From the NCBI RefSeq assembly GCF_009914755.1, contig NC_060931.1: a stretch of DNA of 64,000 nt. One strand, given 5' to 3'. Under the pieces are notes generated by a model, which was given only the letters and a program-made list of their open reading frames with translations, was not told where the DNA came from and did no database searches. The translations under genes were made by a program, and so were the position numbers. This stretch comes from the human T2T-CHM13v2.0 reference genome, Homo sapiens. Shown one piece after another: positions 40,718 to 56,900 of this stretch; within the stretch, counting starts at the first letter, position 1, and every line of letters starts with the position of its first letter.

Positions 40718-40788
40718 TTCTGCATATCCTGGCCCATGAAACTGCTATTCCTTCTGCATATCCTGGCCCATGAAACTGCTATTCCTTC
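40718..40788. repeat. Perfect 34-bp tandem duplication
   Basis: ttctgcatatcctggcccatgaaactgctattcc twice with no mismatch. Confidence 0.97.
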
Positions 40789-41334
40789 ATAAACTATACT
40801 TTAATATATTAATGGTCACTGCTCAACAGTTTTTTCTGTAGTAAATATCTGGTGTTCTATATAGTATTTGACATATGATCTCAAAGTAGTACGGCCTGCC
40901 CTCATCCTCTTTTGACCAGTCATTTTATGAGGCAGTGTGGGTATTTATGAGCCCCCAGAGCTGGACCAGTTCCCAAAGGAAATGGAAGATCAAGAACTCT
41001 GAGAACTTCCAGGAAATGGATGGGAGGATGGTCAGCTCTCGATGGTCCAGGATGCACTCTCTGATCAATGAAACCCTTCCTCTTTGTCTTTTTTTTTTTT
41101 CTCACTGATTAGGCCTCATGGAATTCTGAGCCTCAAGCTTGTTCTTCACAAAAGGCTGCTCTTTGGATGACTGTCCCTTCATCTAGTCTAAACTCCCTTT
41201 TCAGTCCTGGGTGTTATTCATTCCAGACCAGGAGTGTGTATGAGTGTGATGCTGGGCTGGTGGGTCCCAGGTGGCCTGATGTCTAGCGCTTGGTTGAGCT
41301 TTCACAGGCCCATGATCCTGGGTGTGATAGAACA

Positions 41335-41465
41335 GTATCTCTCCAACTTAAGCAGGCATCACAGTCTCCTGCGGAGCTGGTTTACACGTAGCCTGCTGGA
41401 CCCCACTTCTGAGTGTCTGATTCAGTAGGTCTTGTGTGGAGCCTGACAGTGTGTATTTCTAATAC
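41335..41465. mobile_element. MER5A-like hAT MITE fragment
   Basis: tgctggaccccac...tctgattcagtaggtct...tgtatttctaa. Confidence 0.7.
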
Positions 41466-41619
41466 TTTTTGGGGAACTCATGACAAATTCCAATATTCCA
41501 GTATTCTAACAATATTGTAAGGAAGTACAATATTGCTGAGTGGTATGATTATGAAAGTGCTCAATACCTTCATATCTCGGTGTGGCTGCTCATGTTTGAA
41601 TGGTCTTGTAGGCTTTCCC

Positions 41620-42356
41620 CAAGTCTTTCCATTTACAACACCTAGATCAAATGCTACATCTTTAATGATGTTTTTGTGACTCCTTTAACCAGGGGATAAA
41701 ACATTTGCTGTTACTCTTCTCTCTAACTTCTTAGCAATGTGTTTGCCCCTCTTATAATATTTATCACCATGTACCCTACATAAAGTATGCCTGTCTTTCT
41801 GCCAACACATAATCTCTTTGAAGGGGAGTGTATTGGTCTCATTCATCTTGCTTCTTCTAATGCTTGGTACAGTGCCTTAGATGCAATACATATTGTTTGC
41901 CCTGTGCCCAGATCCCTTGAGTCCACTTTTTGACCTCTGTTAAGTCTATCCTCCACCTTCAGCACGCTTTGTTCCTAACAACTTGAACTTGTAACTTTCT
42001 CCAGAGGACTGAACTTGAATTACTGGAGGCACTTCACTCAGACATATGGAAAGCTGGGATTGTCTAGAAGTTTATCTCCACAGCAGTGTTATGCTGCAGA
42101 GTGGTGCAGCAGTATGAAGGCCCTGCTTCTTGCCTTGAGGTGGACACACTACAGCTCCGCAGGATTAGGCTGAGGCAGGCCCTTCAAACCCTTGTTTGGA
42201 TTCTTCCCCTTCTCAGTCCTGCTTTCCTTATTCCTTTGACTGATTTCTCCTGGGAGCACTTCACTAATGAATCACCTGCACACAAACTCTTGTCTCATGG
42301 CTTGCTTCAGGAGAACTAGCAGGTGTTGTGTGAATATTTGTAGAATGAATGAATGC
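41620..42356 (+). mobile_element. L2 3' end, split by an LTR
   Basis: ctctttgaagggg...gtacagtgcct before the LTR; terminal aatatttgtagaatgaatgaatg after it. Confidence 0.65.
41893..42320 (+). mobile_element. LTR16-family ERVL solo LTR
   Basis: cttgccttgaggtggacac...gggagcacttcactaatgaatcacctgcacacaaactcttgtctc...tgcttcaggagaac. Confidence 0.7.
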
Positions 42357-42364
42357 TTGAAAAG

Positions 42365-42612
42365 GAGTGTAGCATAATAGGAGCGTGGACTCTGTAGCCA
42401 GACTGCCTGGGTTTAAATCCCAGTTCTACCACTTAGTGGCCATGTGACTTTGAACAAATTATCTAACCTTTTTGTGCTTCAGCTTTTTTATTCATATACT
42501 GAAGCTAAAATAGTACTTTATATGGGGTTATGAGGATTAAATAAATTAATAATTTTAAAGCACGTGGAACAGTTTCTGGCACATAATAAGTGGTGATTAA
42601 GTGTTTGTAAGA
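42365..42612 (+). mobile_element. MIR, near full length
   Basis: gagcgtggactctgtagccagactgcctgggtttaaatcccagttctaccactt...gaggattaaata...tggcacataataagtg. Confidence 0.9.
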
Positions 42613-42629
42613 ATAAGCTTTAAAAATTG

Positions 42630-44585
42630 CGTTGAATGACATTAAAATACACATAAGTAAATGGAAAGACATCTTGTGATTATGGATTGGAAGGCTGTAT
42701 TATTCAGATGATTCTACTACTCAAGGCGATCTCCAGATTTAATGCAACCTCTATCAAAATCCCACTAGTGTTTTTTACAGAAATAAAAAACCCATCTTGA
42801 AGTGACCTCAAATAACCAAAACAATCTTGTAAAAGAACAAAGGTGGAAGACTCACACTTCCAAATTGCAAAATTTACTTCAAAGCTATAGGAATCAGAAC
42901 AGTATGATCTGACAGACGGACAAGCATATATAGACTAATGTAATAGAATTGAGAGCCTGGAAATAAACCCACCACACATGTGGGGTAAGCTGAATTTTAA
43001 GCTAGGTGCCAAGACTATTCAATGAGGAAAGGAAACTCTTTTTCCCAAAAGTGCCAAGAAAACTGGATCTCCACATGCAAAAGCATGAAATTGTATCCTA
43101 TCTTGAGATAAAGGTATAAAAGTCTCAGAAGAAAATACAGGGGGAAATCTTCACGACAGTGGATTTGGCAATGATTTCTTGGATATGACCCCAAAAGCAC
43201 AGGCAACAAAATAAAAAATAGACAAAATGGGCTTCATCAAAATTAAAAACTTTTGTACATCACAAGACACTATCGAGGCCAGGCGTGGTGGCTCATGCCT
43301 GTAATCCCAGCACTTTGGTATGCCGAGGTGGGCGGATCACCTGAAGTCAGGAGTTCGAGACCACCCTGGCCAACGTAGTGAAACCCCATTTCTACTAAAA
43401 ATACAAAAATTAGCTGGGCATGGTGGCATGTGCCTGTAGTCCCAGCTACTCAGGAGTCTGAGGCAAAAGAATCACTTGCACCCAGGAGGCGGAGGTTGCA
43501 GTGAGCTGAGATTGTGCCACTGCACTCTAGTCTAGGTGACAGAGTGAGACTCTGTCTAAAAAAAAAAAAAAGAAAAAAGAAAAAAGACACTATCTTGCAA
43601 AAGGACAACCCACAGAATGGGAGAAAATATTTGTAAATTACACATCTGATAAGGGATTAAGAATCAGAATATTTAAAGAACCTTTATTGGTCAACAACAA
43701 ACAAATAACCCAGTTAAAAAATGGTGAAAGGTCCTGGATAGACATTTTTCCAAAGAAGATAAACAGATGAAAACAGATCAATAAGCAGATGAAAAGATGC
43801 TCCACATTATTAGTCATTAAGGAAATGCAAGTTAAAGCACAATGAAATACTACTTCACACTCATTGGGATGGCTATTCCATACAAAAAAAAAAAACCAGA
43901 AAATAAAAAGTTTTGATGTGGGTATGGAGAAATTGGAACTCTTGTGCAGTGTAGGAATGTAAAATGGTGCAGCCTCTGTGAAAAACAGCTTAGTAGTTTC
44001 TCCAGAAGTTAAACATAAAATTATTGTAAGATCTATTAATTCCACTCCTGGGAATTACTCCCAGAAGAATTGACAGCAGGGACTCAGATACTTGTATACC
44101 AGTGATCATAGCAACGTTAGTCACAATAGCCAAAAGGTGAAAACAACTGAAGTGTCTGTCAATGGATGTTGGATAAACAAAACATAGTATACAATGGAAT
44201 ATTAGTTATAAAAAAGGAATGGAATTCTGATATATTTTGCAGTGTATGGATGAACTTTGAAACATTATGCTAAGTAAAATAAGTAGGGACAAAGGACAGA
44301 TATCATTAGGATTCCACATACGTGAGGTTCATAGAATGGGCAAATTCATGGAGATTAGAAATAAACTAGATGTTACCAGGCTTCGGTTGGTGGGGTGGGG
44401 AGCAGAGTGAGGAGTTATTGTTTCATGAGTAAAGAGTTTCTGTTAGGGATGAGTAGAAGTTCAGGACGTAGTGGTGATAACTGCACAACATTGAGAATGT
44501 ACTTAGTGCAATTGAATTGTATACTTTAACATGTTAAAAGTGGCAGATTTTATGTTATGTATACTTTACCACAGTTTTAAAAAAC
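42630..44585 (+). mobile_element. L1MB-like LINE-1 (ORF2 end and 3' UTR), interrupted by an Alu
   Basis: aaatggaaagacatc...cacccacagaatgggagaaaatattt-type motifs; 3' end ttttatgttatgtatactttaccacagttttaaaaaa. Confidence 0.9.
43277..43585 (+). mobile_element. AluSx-like, inserted in L1
   Basis: Full dimer, A-rich tail, TSD aagacactatc (43264 and 43584). Confidence 0.95.
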
Positions 44586-46028
44586 ATTAATTCTAGTCTT
44601 GCATTTTGTTATTCTTGCTCTGCCTCTGGGACCTGGATATATGCATCACTAATGCTGCTTTTCTCTCTCATGAGGGAAATTCCTGTGAATTGTCTATAAG
44701 CATTTAAACAATATGCTTGGATAGCTGTGAATTTTTTAAACATCCAGTTAAGAACAGAGAAAAAAAATGCTGTATGTAAATATGAATAAACAAAGGCATA
44801 ATTAGATTATTTCAAAATTCTTTAGGTTTACTCAGAATTTGCAATAATCCTGTGAGTGCAGTGAGTCCAGTTTAATTATTGATACCATAAAGCAGTCTGA
44901 ACCTAGAGTTTTCTTCAGCTTTACTGCTTATGATTTTATAAAAGCTCTCCACATGGGTCCACTTGGTTTGGGCTTATAGGCAAATTGGTCTCCAGCCAGA
45001 TGCTCCATCTCCTTACATGTCACACCTCTCCACAGGGCTGAAATGTTCCCCTGAAGAGAAACTTTTTAAAAGCCCACAAACTCCAATTTAGCTTTGGCAA
45101 TCACTGCGCTGTGGTGTTTGAGTGTTTTAGACTTAGCAATAAATAATGTTTTAAAACTTCCAATGTTGTATGTCTTATTTGTCGTGCTGTTTGTATCTAT
45201 AGGCGACAGCCCTGGATATCACAGTATATGAAATGTGATAAAGTCACCCAGTGGTTACAATTGTCCTACCTGTCCCATAGCCTCACATTTCCCTCATTTT
45301 TATCATAAATGGTGAAATGAAATGAAGAAGAAAGGGGGTGAGAATGTGTATTTGTTTATGAGATAGTGTCCCTCAAGGAATCAGTTGATAAGTTTGACTA
45401 ATCTCTGTAACATTTACTCTGACACACTTTTTCATCTTTGTTTGCTATACTTATACATTACTATCTTAAAAACTTTTTGGTTTTCATCTGGGAAGCCCAG
45501 TACTGTGGATGTGTGGGATGGAGAACTGACCTATTTAAGTATATGTCATTTATATGAAATTTCATCAAAGAAAATGCAATAGCAACAAAAGGCCAAATTC
45601 CATTTAACAAGAACTTTTGAAACTTTCACCACTGTCACAGTTATTTCAAACAAAACCACTTTAAGTCTGTTCTGGAATAAGACAGTGCGTAAAGAGGTAA
45701 TGCAATATGTTAAACTAATGCAAAAGTTTTGGTATCTGGATAGGCAATGATATATTTTAACCTTTTCTATTTTGGATTCGGATCAGGTCTTCTGTTGTGG
45801 ATCAATGGTTCTTAGGCAAAAGGGTAGTTTGCTATGAATTATCCTATTTAAAATATCTTGTTACTAGTGGTTCTGTTCTTGAAGAGTGTAAATATAACAC
45901 ATCTCCCCACTTCCTATGCGTGGAGTTAACTATGACAAGAAATGAGTGGCCCTAAGCATACAGCTAGGTTTATCACATGAGTGTTTAGTTAGTGCCCACT
46001 GGTTGAAAATCTGAGCATTTGGAAAGTG

Positions 46029-46100
46029 ATACACACACATGTGCATGCATGCATGCACATATATATATACATGTGCACATCATGTACACATGCATACATG
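46029..46100. repeat. Alternating purine-pyrimidine simple repeat
   Basis: (CA)/(CATG)/(TA) mosaic containing the palindrome at 46039-46060. Confidence 0.85.
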
Positions 46101-47259
46101 TTTTCCCTCTGCTTTTTGGGTGGAGGGCCTTGTAGAAAATAAAATGTCCAATGGGCAGAGAGACAGAGGAAAGAATGCCCATGGGACAAAAGGCAGCACA
46201 GAGATGTAAAACTAGTTTCTCATTGTTACTTGCTTTTTCCACACAAGACAGAATCATTCTTGCCTAGGGTTAACACTGTCAGAGCATACTCCCTTATGGA
46301 AAACACAGAACTTCTGGAACATCTTTTAGGAATGATGTACCTTAAGGTGAAATCCAATACTCCAAGGATCTTAGAGTCCTGAGTAGAGATTATACTGATA
46401 GAGACAAATTGGTTATTTCCACCCAACCCTCCAAATTTCACTGTTTGGCTTTGTATTGAAAATTGAAAGTATGTCTTTATTTATTTACTTCCAGTGTAAA
46501 ACTTGCATGGTAAAAGTTTGTTGATGTGCAGTGTATCCCCAGTGGGAAATTACTAGAACTAAGAAGACTAGGAATATTTGTTTTCAAATAGATTTTTAAA
46601 TTGACCTTGATAGTTTTCAATGTTTCTTAATTAGTGTTTGCAAATCTGCTGATTTTACGAAAAATCTGTTTCTTGCTGTATTAGAGTATAGCATCACAAC
46701 AAAATTAGCATTCCATATGTTGTTTTGTTAAACATCCTTGGTGACTTTCCTTAAAATCCTTTGGGAAATGTTTTGAAATTTGTTGAAACAAATATGCAAC
46801 ACTTGAAATTAAATGGTGATTATCACCACATTGTTCCTTCTTAAAAGCATTGCCTGTGTTTGGACTTAGTAGAAATGCTATCACTGAACACATATCTTTC
46901 AGAAATTCCTTACGAGTGGGTAAGGCCTAATACAAGCCTTTTTACACAGACTAGGAAAAGCAACTTGCTACAGAATTCTAGCAATGCCATGACGCTATGT
47001 GTAGTAGATAGACTTTACCAAAAGCTGGAGTGGCAAGACCCATGTATAACAGCCTTTATTGGATTTCTTCCTTCTCTAATTGGAATGAGCAAATTCAGCT
47101 TCCTTTTCCTAAAATCTCCTTCAGTTCTCATAAGTAGAAACAGAAGAATGTATTTCATCTGAAATTGGAGAACTGGGTTGCATCTCATGGTAGTACCACT
47201 CATTTTTAACCACTTATTGAAACTGAGAGTCCTATCTGTGTCTTCATTTTAGATTTAAG

Positions 47260-47774
<515 letters not shown>

Positions 47775-47802
47775 TAAGCTGAGTCTAAAAAGGTGAATGC
47801 CA

Positions 47803-48730
<928 letters not shown>

Positions 48731-49205
48731 CTCTGATAGTTGAAACATTTTATTTCTCTCTCTCAGTGGCTTAAGACTTCTACTTTCTGTGAGGGAGGGG
48801 TCCAAGGAAGGGAGCGGGGTTGAACTCCTTCCCCTCTTCCTCCGCCCAAGTAACGGTGGATCATCACGCACATGCACATGCACCTGAAGCGCTCTATGTC
48901 CCGTCCTCCTCCCATGCTTTCTTAGCAGCAGGGAGTGGTTGCCCAAAGACAGGAGCTTGTTGGAGACTCCCCTTTTATCTGCGACTTCCAGTTATTCTGT
49001 CATGTCGTTCCATCCTCGGACTTTAAAATTTGTAAAAATTTTAGCTATTTTCATCTTGCCTGCTTTTATGGTAGCTGCTTCTTCCTCCCATGTTCTACCA
49101 AAGGTGAAATAGTTCAGATACTGTCTGTTCTTAGAAGGGTTTGACAGTTCTTTGGTATTTGGTTTACGTGGTTGCCTTCTAGGAAATGCTAAAGAAAAGT
49201 CATTA

Positions 49206-49573
<368 letters not shown>

Positions 49574-49877
49574 CTAAGTGAAAGCAATACTCCTTCTGTG
49601 AATGAATTTTTATAATTAAGCACTAGCAATTATTTTAGAATATGATCTGAAAGGCCTACTTGTGTATAGCTGCTGGCAAGTAGAGTATATAAAAAGTAGT
49701 CCCCCAGAGATGTCGAGGAGACAAATACAGATATCAGTCCTTAAAAGTCCACAGCACAATGAGTGGGATATGTATATACAGAGAAAAAAATATCTAGAAG
49801 TAAACATACCAAAACGTTTCTTATCTTTGGGTTGTTGAGTTGTAGGTGATTTATTTGTTAAAAATATGCAACGTCTT

Positions 49878-50208
<331 letters not shown>

Positions 50209-51379
50209 TCAAACGATAAGCCTATGTAACTTTTATAATTCAACCACCGTCATGTCATAATAAGGGAATAATTATATCTGTAGGGTAGAGGAAAGGAATG
50301 TACTTGAAATTTCTCTTTATAAGAGTTAATTTCAACTTATTCTGTTAACCTGTCATGAAACAGAATCTCAATTTCTTTTCCTACTGGAGATATGTCTGTC
50401 CTTTACATCACCATTTAATATCTTGACAATGAAGAAAATTGTATAACCTAGAAAGGGCTGAATATTACTGAGCCCTGGGACCTGGGTCAATGATACTTGT
50501 AATGTGACTGTCTTCTAGGAGGGGCTTGGCCTAACTTCTTGTGCCCACTGATAGAAGGAATCAGATCTCCCTAATGGCAACTTTCCCTTTCTGTTAGTGA
50601 ACTGGGCACTCTAAGAGACGTATTTATTACTTCAGAGCAGGCTTTTGTATACTGAGAATGAAGACAATTTTTCTGTCTCCAAAATGCCCAATATGATCCT
50701 GGTCTAGGTAAAAATCACTTGCTAACTATGTTCTCATGTAAGTAGCTCAAGATCCAATTTCCTGTACCCCAGGAAGAATGGTAATCCAGGACTGATAACC
50801 ACATCCTTCAACTAGAGAAACTGGATTCTGAAGAAGTACTGTAGATACTAAAAATATGTTGTGGATGTGGGCAGTTGTTATTACCAGAATTGGCTTTAAG
50901 GAACGTTGAAAAATAGGCAGAATTCAGCATTATTTTATTCTCCTTTTAGTAGCGTTCTCTCAATTTTTTACCATTACTCATGCCTTCTTGAGAATCAAAT
51001 GGAAAACTTACCCCCTAGGTCTCTTTTTGTCCAGACACTTAGGAAACCTCCTTTCTGTTGATAGTTATATTGGCCAGATTTGTTAGTCAACTAATTTGTG
51101 GAATACACTGATGACTTGAAGTGGCTAAATTATTATACTGCTCAGGTATGTTCTGCAAAGTAAAGGGAATATGGCTTTGATTAATGGAATAAAGGTCTAA
51201 TGGTAGATAAGTTTCTGCTGGGGCATAGGCTATCCCCATTGTTTCTTATATTAATTCATCTTTTCTTTGATTCAACAAATCTTTATTGCACATCGTTTAT
51301 ATACTAGGTATTGTTTTCAGCATTGTGCTTTACTTTAGATGGAAACCCTATTCATTGGACCACCCTAGTCATTGAACAC

Positions 51380-51753
51380 GATGATCATCGTGACCCTGTT
51401 CTGCTCAAATCCTCCGATGTCTTTCCATCATGATGAGCGTGAATTCCAGAGGTGGAATGATCCGGTCCCATTTACCTCTATTATCTTATTTTCTATCTCT
51501 ATCCAACCTTCTCCTTCTACTTCAGCCTCACTGACCCCTTTGATGTTCTCTAGCACACTAAGCAAGCTCACACTTTGGCATTCTAATATTTCCTGTTATA
51601 TCTATATGGAATATTCTTTTTACAGACATCCTTGGGGCTTACTGCCTAATTTTATGTAGGACTCTGCTCAAATGTCACCTCAACAGAGAGGTTTCTCTTG
51701 ATCACTCTCTTTCCTTGCTTAATTTTCTTCGTAGTGATCAACACCTGGCATAT

Positions 51754-51784
<31 letters not shown>

Positions 51785-51885
51785 GCACACACACACACAC
51801 ACACACACACGAATATAAGCTTCATAAACTCAGGTGTTCCTGGCCATAATATACACTCAGTGAATATGTGTGTTTGTTGAATGAC
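51380..51885 (+). mobile_element. L2 3' region
   Basis: ctctgctcaaatgtcacctc...cactcagtgaatatgtgtgtttgttgaatga. Confidence 0.75.
51754..51810. repeat. Compound (CA)n(CG)2(CA)n microsatellite
   Basis: Direct reading of the sequence. Confidence 0.97.
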
Positions 51886-54106
51886 TCTGCTTCCCATGGA
51901 GCGTCTACAGTGTAGTCTTCTTAATCTTGAGTTCTTATCTTCTCCCCAGCACATGACCAAGTAAACAGACAGAATATCATTACCACACCAAAAATAATAA
52001 TTAAGGAGATTCAATCATATGTTCCAAGTGCTTAACACAGATACTATTAGTATTAGATCTACACATTCCTTTCCCAGGAAGGGCCCTGTTTTCAGGACAT
52101 TTGGCCGTCGTGACTCTGGTATGGCTCTGCTGTTATTTTTACATGGTGTTAATGTGTTCCTGACATATTTCAGAGACCAGGCTTGTCATTTACTTTGAGG
52201 GGTCCCATGAATTTCTCTCTTACACTTTTCAAATGAAATTTCAGAATTGAATCAAATTTATTGTTTCAATCAAAATGGATTTGAATTACAGATGTCTGAT
52301 CCCTTAAAAACAGAGCTAAAAAAAGAAAGCTTCCATCAACTTCAGTTCTTCTTTGCTTGTCTGCTACAAACCAGAACCAAGGACTTTCTATGAGACCTTA
52401 AAAATCTTTATTATGTTAAAAAACATCATGCATATTAAGCTAAATGCATTCTATTTGCTTATATTTTAAGGTTTGTTTCATCGAGGAAGTGGTATAACCC
52501 GTGAGCAGGTTGTGGATGCTTTCTCAAAATGTGATTATTGCTCATAAAAGCTGTTTTAATTGAAAATTTTATGCCATGGAAAGCCTATAGCAATCTTAGA
52601 TGCACATACCTATATTTATATCTATAGTTTATTTTTAAAGATTCCCTATACAACACTATTTTGAAATTACTAAAGGGATTTTCCTTCCTTTTTGTTATTC
52701 ATCTGGGTAACTTAAAAAAATATTGCTGTTATGTTCAACTGTTGGCACTGTTGCAGGCAACTAAAAGCTTAAGAAAATTATTCCCTCGCCTGTCCCCCCA
52801 AAAGCCACATCTAAAAAGGTCACGAAAGGAAACACACAATTCAAATAATCTCCTTGCTGTATCTGAGATTAACTTGAACGCAGATGTTTTAACTTACAGT
52901 TTGATCTGGCGTAATATATACATTTAACAAAATCCTGTTTTGTATTGCTTCTATAAACACTGACGTTTGATAAAAGTGTATTGATTTTTCTGCTATTTAA
53001 GAGCTTTTGAACCAGTGCTTAAAGCAGGTTTTCTTCAAGGCCTAAATTAACTCTTTCAGCCTTTGACTATGGTTTACATGTAGGGAGTTGTGTGTGCATT
53101 AAAAGTATGTGTTTGTTTATGCTGGAAATGCATTCGAATGGCAAACCATTTTGTGGTCTGCAATATTTTACTCAGTAGGGATAATCATTAGACTTTGTTC
53201 TTGATTTTTTTCTTAGGAGTTTAAATGATTCAACACTATTCATTACCGCTCATTTTGGAACCATGCTGTAATCATCATAGGCCTAGATATTATCTGAAAA
53301 GTTACTGAATAGGGGATTTCTTCTAGCACTCTGGGCATTTCAATGTGGACCTCATCCTTCCTCCTCTCTATCCTCTGGTCTTTTCTCCAGCCTTAATGTG
53401 AGGGCTCTCAAGAAAGTGGGAACATCCATCCAGTTTAAGTCTGTCTTGCTTTCAAAGTTGTTCTCACACTCTCTTCTTTGTTGGCCAACATTCTAACATG
53501 TCACAAGTTTCTTTTCTTACTTTGTGTGGGAGCACAGAGCCACACAATTGCAAGTAGGCTTCTCTAAGTAAACCGTATCTTCAGACTAGGTAACTCCTGG
53601 GGAAAAATGTCCAAATTTAAAATAGCAAAAGAAATTTCAAATTGAGCAACACCACAACCTTTGAAGCTACAGAAGGTTGCTGTTATGTGGAATCTCTTAT
53701 GATGGCATACAAAGAAAGACTGTAACTTATGTAAGACACTAGCTTACATGAGGGCTTATTAGACTTTGTCATTTTCAAAAGTCTTCAAATGAATGATTCC
53801 ATTTGAGTCTCAATATAACTTGGGTATTTTATTAGATATTTCCATTTTGCAAATGATGACATCATATCTGAGAAAGGATAAGTGGTAGAGGCAAGAACCT
53901 AAGTTCTGCATTTCTTTTCTTTTACCAGCCAGAAAGATCATGTCTCTCTGGACATAACGGAGAAGCAAAAAATTTGATTCAGTGGAAAGTTAGTCAAACG
54001 GCTATTTTGTGATGCTGTACCACATTTCTTAATTTTTAAATTCATCATTCAGGTACATAGTAAGCATAACCTATAACCCTGATAAGAATATTTCTTTATC
54101 AGTGAT

Positions 54107-54137
54107 ACACACACACACATGCACACACACACACACC
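54107..54137. repeat. Interrupted (CA)n microsatellite
   Basis: Direct reading of the sequence. Confidence 0.9.
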
Positions 54138-54649
54138 CCTCAAGAACAGGGTCAAAAACAGATGGAAAACTCCAAACTAGAAACCTATAAGGTTTTGTAC
54201 AAAGGACTGTTACCCTAAGATCTTTCTCAAACAAAACTTATAGAAAATGAAAACTGTTTGAGTGATTGCTATAAAAAACAGCTTTCAGAAGAATGTGCTC
54301 CTCAGCTCCCAGAGATTGCCTCTTTCCTGGGACAGAGCTTCCAAATATAAATGGGCACCATAGTCGTCGTTGGTGGTGACATGGCCTGTGGGGAGCATGG
54401 CCATGAAGCATGGCTTGTCCAGACATCTTGCTGGAAAATGACATTGTAATGATGCTATGGCTCTTGGGAAACCCAGGACATAGCTCAGGTGAAGTTAATA
54501 TTTATTATTAGAAAGATGATGGAGATGCTTTACATATTTTTGAAGAGATTTTATTTAATTTACATTTTATAAAAGAAAAATAGCTTCCTTTAGCCAAAAG
54601 CAGTTAATAAGTTCCTTCGTGAGAATTAGGAGCAACATTGAAGCTAAGA

Positions 54650-54830
54650 GAGCAGCCTCCCTCTAAAGGACTTGGGTTTGAATCCTGGCTCTGCTATTTC
54701 CTAGCTGTGTGACCTTGGGGAAGTTCATTGTCCTTTTTGAGCTTTGGTTTTCTCATCTGCAAAGCATAAATAATAACACCTACCTTTAAGGATTGTTTCA
54801 AAGGTTGTAGATAATACATGCGTTGGCCCA
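54650..54830 (+). mobile_element. MIR
   Basis: gggtttgaatcctggctctgctatttcctagctgtgtgaccttggggaagtt. Confidence 0.85.
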
Positions 54831-56057
54831 AGGTAACTTTTTAAAAATGAGGTACTCAATTCATGTGAGGAATGGGACTTTGGATCATTAAGAGCCTCAT
54901 TGCACATATATGCTGCCAAGGACTTGTAAGTCAATTGCTTGAAATATGAATTAAGGGGGATGAGATATAGGGGTCAGGGATTTTAGATCTTAAGAAGATG
55001 AATCTAAATGTAGGACATAGGTGATCCTAGGGAAACACTCAAGTCTCTCCTTTCCATCCAGTGGTTACCGAACCCTTGGCCAAGGCACTGCTCCCCTGAT
55101 CAGTAATGTGTGAAATGTCATCCTTTCGCTCAGTATCTCTTCCCATGTGTCTTTGAGTTATATCTACCCATTTTACCCACCAAACTTACTTTTATTATCT
55201 TCATCTTGATAGAGCCAGCACATCTCCGCAGGAACTAGCTGAATCTGATTCTGCTTCTCACATCCCTGACAAAACTGTCAGCTTCATTTCCATCACAAAA
55301 TCTTGGTAGCTCTTAAGGGTGTCAGAGCTCGATGTTTCCCATTCCAGGTTGAATTGGCACAGCTGGGGCAAAGAGGCACTTCCTTAAGACTTGTGAAGTG
55401 AGCAACTTGGACTGACAGATCATTGAGAAAATACAAATGTGGGTTTACATTTCTACTGTAAAATAGGAATTGTCTCAATATGGAAGGATTATAAAAAAAA
55501 AACTTTGACTTAACTCATTGATAGTTGAGAGTTACAATATAAAAAGCAATTAGACTGTCTTTTCCCTTTGACCTGTGGTCTATTCTGATGATAATCATTG
55601 CATTAAAAACCTTTTAATCATGTTAAGCCTTCGATTCTGACCTAAATGATAAAGTTGATTTTTTTAACTTAACTGATTGGAAAAATTGTTAGGCAAAAAT
55701 TTATGCGATTATTCTTTCACCAATCATGAAGTGTGGTATCCAAAGTTGATGATATGTAGCTTGCTACCATAAAAAGGAAGGCTGCATTAGCCACATTGTT
55801 ATAAAATCTTGCTTTCAAAGAAAAGAAAATGAGGGTTTCAAGAGAAATTACTATGTTAGGGAAGTAGCTCAGTGGTGATTGCATTATATTTTCAAAATAA
55901 GAACTTTTTTAGTTACCTGAAGTTGCTACTCTGTTTTAAGACAGACTTATTTTAAACATTTTTGGTGGACATATTATAAGCATTTTTCTCTTTGCTTGTT
56001 AGTGAGAACATACTAAAGATTAATTTTCCTGGAGGACACAGGGTTAACATATTTTTT

Positions 56058-56330
56058 CATTTATTTATTGAACTAATATTTGCTGAGTGCCCATGCACTA
56101 TCAGTTACTGTATAAAGGGAGTCTTAAAGAGAGAAGGCCCAGCCATGTTGAGAATGGGGAGAATGGAGTTCCCAGCAGGGAGAACAGCATGAGCTGTCCC
56201 TGAGGTGGGAAAGCACTTGGCAAGTTTTGCAGAACTGAAGAACAGCGTGGTTAGAGCTTAATGTGAGACAAGGAGAATGGAACAAGAAGAGACTGGAATG
56301 CAGTTAAATGTGGAGGGACTGTTAATGTGC
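56058..56330 (-). mobile_element. L2 fragments
   Basis: cattt...atatttgctgagtgcc; cagcagggagaacagcatg...ccctgaggtgggaaagcacttgg. Confidence 0.65.
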
Positions 56331-56592
56331 ATGGAGCAATTGCCCTTAAGTTAAACATCACCAGGCTGCTGCACATTTTCTGATATTTGATGTATTTATT
56401 TTGTGATGTTTCTGATGTCTTTTCCCCAGCTGCTTCCTTCATTGTTGTTAATTCTTTGACTTTGCAGCAATTGTAAAATCTAAGTCTAGTGGTGTTTCCT
56501 TTATTTCTTTCTAAAAGTCTTCTGTTGGGCTGGAGAATCAGATAACCAGCCTAATTAGGATTATGTCTAAACTAAGAGTAAAACAGCGATGA

Positions 56593-56798
<206 letters not shown>

Positions 56799-56831
56799 GT
56801 GCTATAAAAGCTGTAGGCTTTTATAAATGTA

Positions 56832-56900
56832 CCACTTTCTTTCTGGGCCTCAGTTTCCTTATCTGTAAAAGCAGGTTACTGATCAAAATACCACATAAAG
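56832..56900 (+). mobile_element. MIR core fragment
   Basis: tctgggcctcagtttccttatctgtaaaa. Confidence 0.7.

Noticed and set aside
46726-46745. Partial likeness to miR-30 (tgttaaacatccttg)
   Set aside because: The seed is disrupted and there is no complementary hairpin arm.
55859-55885. tRNA-like 5' motif gggaagtagctcagtggt
   Set aside because: It has an A-box only, with no B-box, cloverleaf or matching acceptor stem.
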